Below are positions 59,583-64,000 of a stretch of DNA of 64,000 nt, in pieces. The notes under the pieces were generated by a model that saw only the letters and a list, made by a program, of their open reading frames with translations, was not told the origin of the DNA and searched no databases. The stretch spans positions 26,302 to 90,301 of the forward strand of contig JAFEDH010000026.1 in assembly GCA_018241695.1 (NCBI GenBank). Reading direction: 5' to 3'. The DNA comes from Pseudomonadota bacterium. Its GTDB lineage: Bacteria > Pseudomonadota > Gammaproteobacteria > Burkholderiales > Rhodocyclaceae. The position numbers and the translations under genes were made by a program. The number at the start of each line of letters is the position of its first letter. Positions within the stretch are counted from its first letter, which is position 1.

Positions 59583-60670
59583 AGAAGATCATCACGGTCG
59601 TTGGTGCCCGACCACAATTCATCAAGGCCGCTGCGGTTTCTCGAATCATCCGGACCCGCTTTGCGGATCGGGTAGAAGAAGTGCTGATTCATACGGGGCA
59701 GCACTACGACGACAATATGTCCAAGATTTTCTTTGATGAACTGGACATCCCACATCCCAAGTACAACCTGGAAATCTCCGGAGGGCAGCATGGTGCAATG
59801 ACGGGGCGCATGCTTGAGGCGATCGAGAAGGTTCTGCTTCAGGAGCAGCCCGACTGGCTGCTTATCTACGGTGACACCAACTCGACTCTGGCGGGAGCCC
59901 TTGCAGCTGCCAAATTGCATATTCCGGTTGCGCACGTCGAGGCGGGTTTACGCTCTTTCAATATGCACATGCCCGAAGAAGTCAATCGCATCTTGGCGGA
60001 CCGTGTTTCCTCTCTACTGTTTTGTCCGACCCAGACGGCGGTGGACAACCTTAAGGCAGAGGGTGTGCTAACGGGTGTACATAACGTCGGTGACGTAATG
60101 TACGAAGCTGCCTTGTATTACGGCAAGCTTGCCCGCGAGAACAGCGACATCCTCGCCCAATTGAGCCTGGGTGAGAAACAGTTTGTTTTGGCAACCTGCC
60201 ACCGCGCTGAAAATACAGATGATCCCCAGCGGCTGACCCAAATATGTCTTGGACTGGCTTCCATTGCTAAGCTTTTGCCCGTAGTCCTTCCGTTGCACCC
60301 GCGTACGCGAAATATTATCGACCAGTTGAAACTTGGCACTGTCTTGGAACAAGTCCAAATCGTTGAGCCCCTTTCCTATATTGAAATGGTGGCACTCCAG
60401 CAAGATGCGAGAGCGATTCTGACTGATTCTGGCGGCGTACAAAAGGAAGCATTTTTTTTCGATACGCCATGCATCACTTTCAGAGATGAAACCGAATGGG
60501 TTGAAACGCTGGTGGATGGCTGGAACCAATTGGTTGGTGCTGACGCAAAAGCCATGCGTAAGGCCTTCGAGCAGACAAAACAGCTTCGTCAGCCGAGAAG
60601 AGATGTGTTTGGTCGGGGGCAAACGGCATCTGCCGTTTTGGAGACAATTCTGAGTTCCCCCACATCTTGA
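59579..60670 (+). CDS. wbpI: UDP-2,3-diacetamido-2,3-dideoxy-glucuronate 2-epimerase (WbpI/WlbD-type, non-hydrolysing UDP-GlcNAc 2-epimerase family)
   Basis: 363 aa. GARPQFIKAAAV, HTGQHYD and GDTNSTLAGALAAAKLHIPVAHVEAGLRS. ATGA overlap with wbpE. Confidence 0.83.
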   Translation: MKKIITVVGARPQFIKAAAVSRIIRTRFADRVEEVLIHTGQHYDDNMSKIFFDELDIPHPKYNLEISGGQHGAMTGRMLEAIEKVLLQEQPDWLLIYGDTNSTLAGALAAAKLHIPVAHVEAGLRSFNMHMPEEVNRILADRVSSLLFCPTQTAVDNLKAEGVLTGVHNVGDVMYEAALYYGKLARENSDILAQLSLGEKQFVLATCHRAENTDDPQRLTQICLGLASIAKLLPVVLPLHPRTRNIIDQLKLGTVLEQVQIVEPLSYIEMVALQQDARAILTDSGGVQKEAFFFDTPCITFRDETEWVETLVDGWNQLVGADAKAMRKAFEQTKQLRQPRRDVFGRGQTASAVLETILSSPTS

Positions 60671-61440
60671 TGCTCAATATAACTCGCATTCTTTCGAGTG
60701 AATGGTGTCGCTGGGCACGACTCGGATGGTTAGATATTCAAAGCCGGTATCGACGTACGACCTTTGGGCCAATGTGGATCGTGCTGCTTACTGGAATGAC
60801 CGTGGGCAGTATCGGATTTGTTTATGGATCTTTATTCAAAGCTCCGATCAAAGATTTTCTTCCGTTTTTGGCAATTGGCTTCGTGACTTGGGGCTGGATC
60901 AGTAGCAGTCTCGTAGAAGCGGGAGAATGTTTTAGTGCTTACAAGTCCATGATGCTCAATCATGTGCTCAGTCCGAGTTCGGTTTTAGTCAGAGTTGTAT
61001 TCCGGAACTGGCTTGTTTTGTTGCATAACGCACTTGTTATTGTGGCGTTGCTGTTTATTTTGCAACGCCCTCTGTCCCTGGTGACACTCCTGGTTGTACC
61101 TGGCATGCTTGTGGTCGGAGGTGTAATTTTCTCTACATCGATCATCGTAGCGTTTGCCTGCGCTCGCTTCCGTGATCTGAAACAGGTTCTAGCATCGGCA
61201 TTAAGTCTAGGGCTTTTGATTACTCCAGTAATCTGGTCTCCCGAAATATTGAAGGACCGAATCTACGTAGCATATTTGAACCCATTTTCACATTTGTTGG
61301 ATTTGATCCGTCTTCCATTGCTCGCAGTTACCCCAAGTGCAACTAACTGGGCGGTGGCCTTCGGAACTTTGTTGATCTGTTCGATGGTTGCAAGGATTGT
61401 CATTACCAGATATCGACACCTAGTCATTTTCTGGCTGTAG
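60670..61440 (+). CDS. wzm: Polysaccharide/O-antigen ABC exporter permease (ABC-2 type)
   Basis: About 256 aa, six predicted TM segments, typical N-terminal WLDIQSRYRRTTFGPMW motif. ATG overlaps the wbpI stop. Confidence 0.8.
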   Translation: MLNITRILSSEWCRWARLGWLDIQSRYRRTTFGPMWIVLLTGMTVGSIGFVYGSLFKAPIKDFLPFLAIGFVTWGWISSSLVEAGECFSAYKSMMLNHVLSPSSVLVRVVFRNWLVLLHNALVIVALLFILQRPLSLVTLLVVPGMLVVGGVIFSTSIIVAFACARFRDLKQVLASALSLGLLITPVIWSPEILKDRIYVAYLNPFSHLLDLIRLPLLAVTPSATNWAVAFGTLLICSMVARIVITRYRHLVIFWL

Positions 61441-61446
61441 ATAACT

Positions 61447-62184
61447 ATGGCACGAATCGATCTTCAGAACGTCAGCTTGCGTTACCCGCTCTACGGAGAA
61501 ACAACGAAATCCATGCGTGTTGTATTGGCGGGACTCGTTACAGGCAAGCGAGCAGAGAATCACCCCATATACGTTGAAGCGCTCAAAGATATCTCTATCA
61601 ACTTGTCAGAAGGTAGTAGGCTCGGACTGATTGGCGCCAATGGTGCCGGCAAGTCAAGCTTGCTACGGTTGATGGCGGGAATATTTCAGCCAAACTCAGG
61701 TACGGTTCGTCGTGAAGGACATATTGTTACGATGTTCGACCTGAGTTACGGGATGGACGAAGAGGCGAATGGCTTTGAAAACATTGATATCGTTAGTGTC
61801 GTACTTGGAATTTCTCGTTTTGATCTAGACCGGATCAAGAATGATGTGGCTGAGTTCTCGGAATTGGGAGAAGCTTTACATCGGCCAATCAAGACTTATT
61901 CAGCAGGTATGCGCGTAAGGCTAGCTTTTGGATTGCTTTCATCTATGTCTGCAGAAATATTGCTTATTGATGAAATCATCGGCGTTGGAGATGCGAGCTT
62001 TATGAAAAAAGCAAGCGCACGCATTAGCAAACAGATTCAGGAGGCAAAAATCTTCGTCCTCGCTTCGCACGCAGAAAGCGTTCTGCGTGATTTCTGCACT
62101 ACTGGGTTGGTGATGTCAGAGGGTAAAGCAGTCTTCCATGGTCCAATTGAAGATGCACTCAAGTTCTACAACTCAAGGGGATAG
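61447..62184 (+). CDS. wzt: Polysaccharide/O-antigen ABC exporter ATP-binding protein (short form, no C-terminal carbohydrate-binding module)
   Basis: 245 aa. Walker A GANGAGKSS, signature YSAGMRVRLAF, Walker B ILLIDE. Confidence 0.85.
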   Translation: MARIDLQNVSLRYPLYGETTKSMRVVLAGLVTGKRAENHPIYVEALKDISINLSEGSRLGLIGANGAGKSSLLRLMAGIFQPNSGTVRREGHIVTMFDLSYGMDEEANGFENIDIVSVVLGISRFDLDRIKNDVAEFSELGEALHRPIKTYSAGMRVRLAFGLLSSMSAEILLIDEIIGVGDASFMKKASARISKQIQEAKIFVLASHAESVLRDFCTTGLVMSEGKAVFHGPIEDALKFYNSRG

Positions 62185-62190
62185 TGTCAA

Positions 62191-63522
62191 GTGAGTCAGA
62201 GCATGAGAGTGTTGTTACTTTGCAACTATGATCTTTTAAATGCAGCAACGGTGTGTGATCACATCAACTCTTTCCCTCTCTATTCGACACATGAAGTGGT
62301 GGTTCACTCTTGGCTTGTAAAAAATGGGGGGGAATTAGGTGATGATTTTCCTCTAGATGTCTTTGATGCTGTCGTACTGCATTACTCACTTTTCCTCTCC
62401 GTCGATGCATATGTCGCACCTAGCACTCGCAAACGCCTCGAGTCTTTCAAAGGGGTCAAAGCCATTTTTTTGCAAGACGAATATCGATTTATCAACGCAT
62501 CTATTAAAAGCATTTGTGATGTGGGTTTCGACATCATATTCACTTGCGTCCCTGAAAATGCCGTAGAGCAGGTGTACCCCGCAGCCAAACTTCCGGGCGT
62601 GGAGCGGGTTAATGTGCTGACTGGTTACGTGCCCGCCGCTTTATTGCATTACCAACCGGTGGAACTTGATAAACGGAGTACTGACGTAAGTTATCGAGGA
62701 CGGCGTTACCCGGCCTGGCATGGTCGACTTGGCTTGGAAAAATGGACGATAGCTGAACGATTTTCAGCTGATGCAAAGTGTTTCGATCTCAAGTGTGATA
62801 TCAGTTATCTCGAATCAGATAGGCTGTATGGCGGAGCATGGGTGGATTTGTTACAGCGATCCAAAGCAGTTCTGGGCGTAGAGAGTGGTGCCAGTGTTTT
62901 TGATTTCACGGGAGAAATTTCTGGAAAAGTTGACACTATCGAGAAGTTACTAGGTGATAAAGCTAAGTATGAAAAGTTAAGACAAGATTACTTTGCAGAT
63001 ATTGAAGATAGCATTTCGCTGGCACAGATTTCGCCTCGCATATTCGAAGCGATAGCGCTTCGAACACTGTGTATCCTCTACGAGGGGGAATACTCCGGAG
63101 TACTCAAGCCATGGCGTCATTATGTTCCACTGAAAAAAGATCATAGCAACATGGCTGAAGTGGTCGATGTCCTGCGTGATCCCCAAAAAATGGCAGAGAT
63201 CATTGCAAATGCCTATGCTGAAGTTGCTCTTAATCCAGAGTACTCTTACAAAGCTTTTATCGAAAAGGTTGACGACTTTCTGCTGCGTCGCCATGACATT
63301 TCAAAATCAAAGAAATCTGTGTGCGGATTCGACCAGCCTGTTAAAGGTACGGAAGCAACTCTGACTACATCTGCACTCCAAGCACAAGTCCCATTCGATT
63401 TCACTCCAAATCCGCATATTCTGCAGTTAAGGTATGGCTCTGCTCTTAAGCTAAGGAGTGTTCTGCTGCCTTACTTACCTCAGAGATTCAAGAATCTCAT
63501 TAAAGCACTCATCCGACATTAA
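62191..63522 (+). CDS. Low-GC protein of unknown function with a GT-B glycosyltransferase-like C-terminal half
   Basis: 443 aa. C-terminal GVESGASVFDF...ISPRIFEAIALRTLCILYEGEYSGVL resembles the C-terminal domain of GT1-like/CgeB-like transferases. No motif recognised in the N-terminal ~230 aa. Confidence 0.45.
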   Translation: MSQSMRVLLLCNYDLLNAATVCDHINSFPLYSTHEVVVHSWLVKNGGELGDDFPLDVFDAVVLHYSLFLSVDAYVAPSTRKRLESFKGVKAIFLQDEYRFINASIKSICDVGFDIIFTCVPENAVEQVYPAAKLPGVERVNVLTGYVPAALLHYQPVELDKRSTDVSYRGRRYPAWHGRLGLEKWTIAERFSADAKCFDLKCDISYLESDRLYGGAWVDLLQRSKAVLGVESGASVFDFTGEISGKVDTIEKLLGDKAKYEKLRQDYFADIEDSISLAQISPRIFEAIALRTLCILYEGEYSGVLKPWRHYVPLKKDHSNMAEVVDVLRDPQKMAEIIANAYAEVALNPEYSYKAFIEKVDDFLLRRHDISKSKKSVCGFDQPVKGTEATLTTSALQAQVPFDFTPNPHILQLRYGSALKLRSVLLPYLPQRFKNLIKALIRH

Positions 63523-63542
63523 CACTCAACAGGGAATCAGGC

Positions 63543-64000
63543 ATGAAAGCACTTGTCACTGGGGCAGAGGGCAACATTGGAAAGCCTCTGGTTTGTTATC
63601 TTCGCAGTCATGGTTATGACGTACTTGAGACAGATTGCAAACCGGCATGGCGGAATAATTACTTTATGGCAGATATTCGAAATGCCAGTGATTTAATTCC
63701 CGCATTCGACTGGAAGCCTGATGTAGTTTTCCATCTTGGTGCGATGGTCAGTCGAGTGACTTGCGAACAAGCCTCGTCCCTGGCTGTCGATGTCAATCTC
63801 ACCGGCACTCAAAATATTCTGGATATGACAAAGCGTGCAGGTGCGCGACTAGTTTATTTTTCCACATCAGAAGTGTATGGGCCGGATATCGAGACAATGT
63901 CCGAGGATTGCATCCCCAAGCCAAACAATCGTTATGGCTTAACTAAGCTACTGAGCGAGTCCTTGGTCGAGTATGAAGTGAAACAGCATGGCTTACGGGC
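63543..64000 (+). CDS. NAD-dependent epimerase/dehydratase (extended SDR), 5' part; continues past the right window edge
   Basis: Not in the ORF track (open at the edge). MKALVTGAEGNIGKPLVCYL (GxxGxxG), STSEVYG and NRYGLTK (YxxxK). Confidence 0.8.
   Translation, partial: MKALVTGAEGNIGKPLVCYLRSHGYDVLETDCKPAWRNNYFMADIRNASDLIPAFDWKPDVVFHLGAMVSRVTCEQASSLAVDVNLTGTQNILDMTKRAGARLVYFSTSEVYGPDIETMSEDCIPKPNNRYGLTKLLSESLVEYEVKQHGLR

Noticed and set aside
1-64000. CRISPR arrays, tRNA/rRNA genes, insertion sequences, integrases, prophage or toxin-antitoxin modules
   Set aside because: I saw no regularly spaced direct repeats, no tRNA-like T-arm/acceptor signatures in intergenic regions, and no ORF with transposase, integrase or phage motifs. 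This is a scan by eye only and is not exhaustive.

Overview
High-GC (about 63-65% by eye) proteobacterial chromosomal segment. Gene content and order look betaproteobacterial (Rhodocyclales/Burkholderiales-like), but the taxon is a guess. I support about 60 protein-coding genes. I found no rRNA, tRNA, CRISPR array, transposase or integrase. Most of the window is housekeeping: xthA, sodB, xseA, cysK, murJ, rpsT, gdhA, maeB, fbp, pabB-pabC fusion, deaD, pyrF, glnS, crcB. Accessory modules sit between these: (i) 4.3-14.5 kb, an apparent operon of a TetR regulator, three tandem ~790-aa Cys-type arylsulfatase paralogues and an octahaem c-type cytochrome with a TPR tail; (ii) an ArsR/SRPBCC operon behind a 42-nt palindrome; (iii) a Fur-box-preceded FTR1 permease and Cys-less cupredoxin pair next to a split chromate-transporter pair; (iv) 44.0-47.0 kb, cytochrome c, Tat-lipoprotein metallophosphoesterase, stand-alone CuA-type cupredoxin and an ECF sigma/anti-sigma pair, which I rate the best candidate for an undescribed system; (v) MarR, SDR, class-3 aldehyde dehydrogenase and a PAP2_3-like membrane protein; (vi) from 55.5 kb to the window end, a polysaccharide/O-antigen cluster encoding the complete WbpA/B/D/E/I route to UDP-2,3-diacetamido-2,3-dideoxy-mannuronic acid plus Wzm/Wzt ABC export, with GC falling stepwise to the low-to-mid 40s. 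Other sequence-level signals are a perfect inverted pair of DnaA boxes in an AT-rich divergent intergenic region, a G10 tract at the 5' end of a patatin gene, and a 149-nt convergent gene overlap next to cysK. All functional calls rest on motif recognition by eye. No database search was possible.
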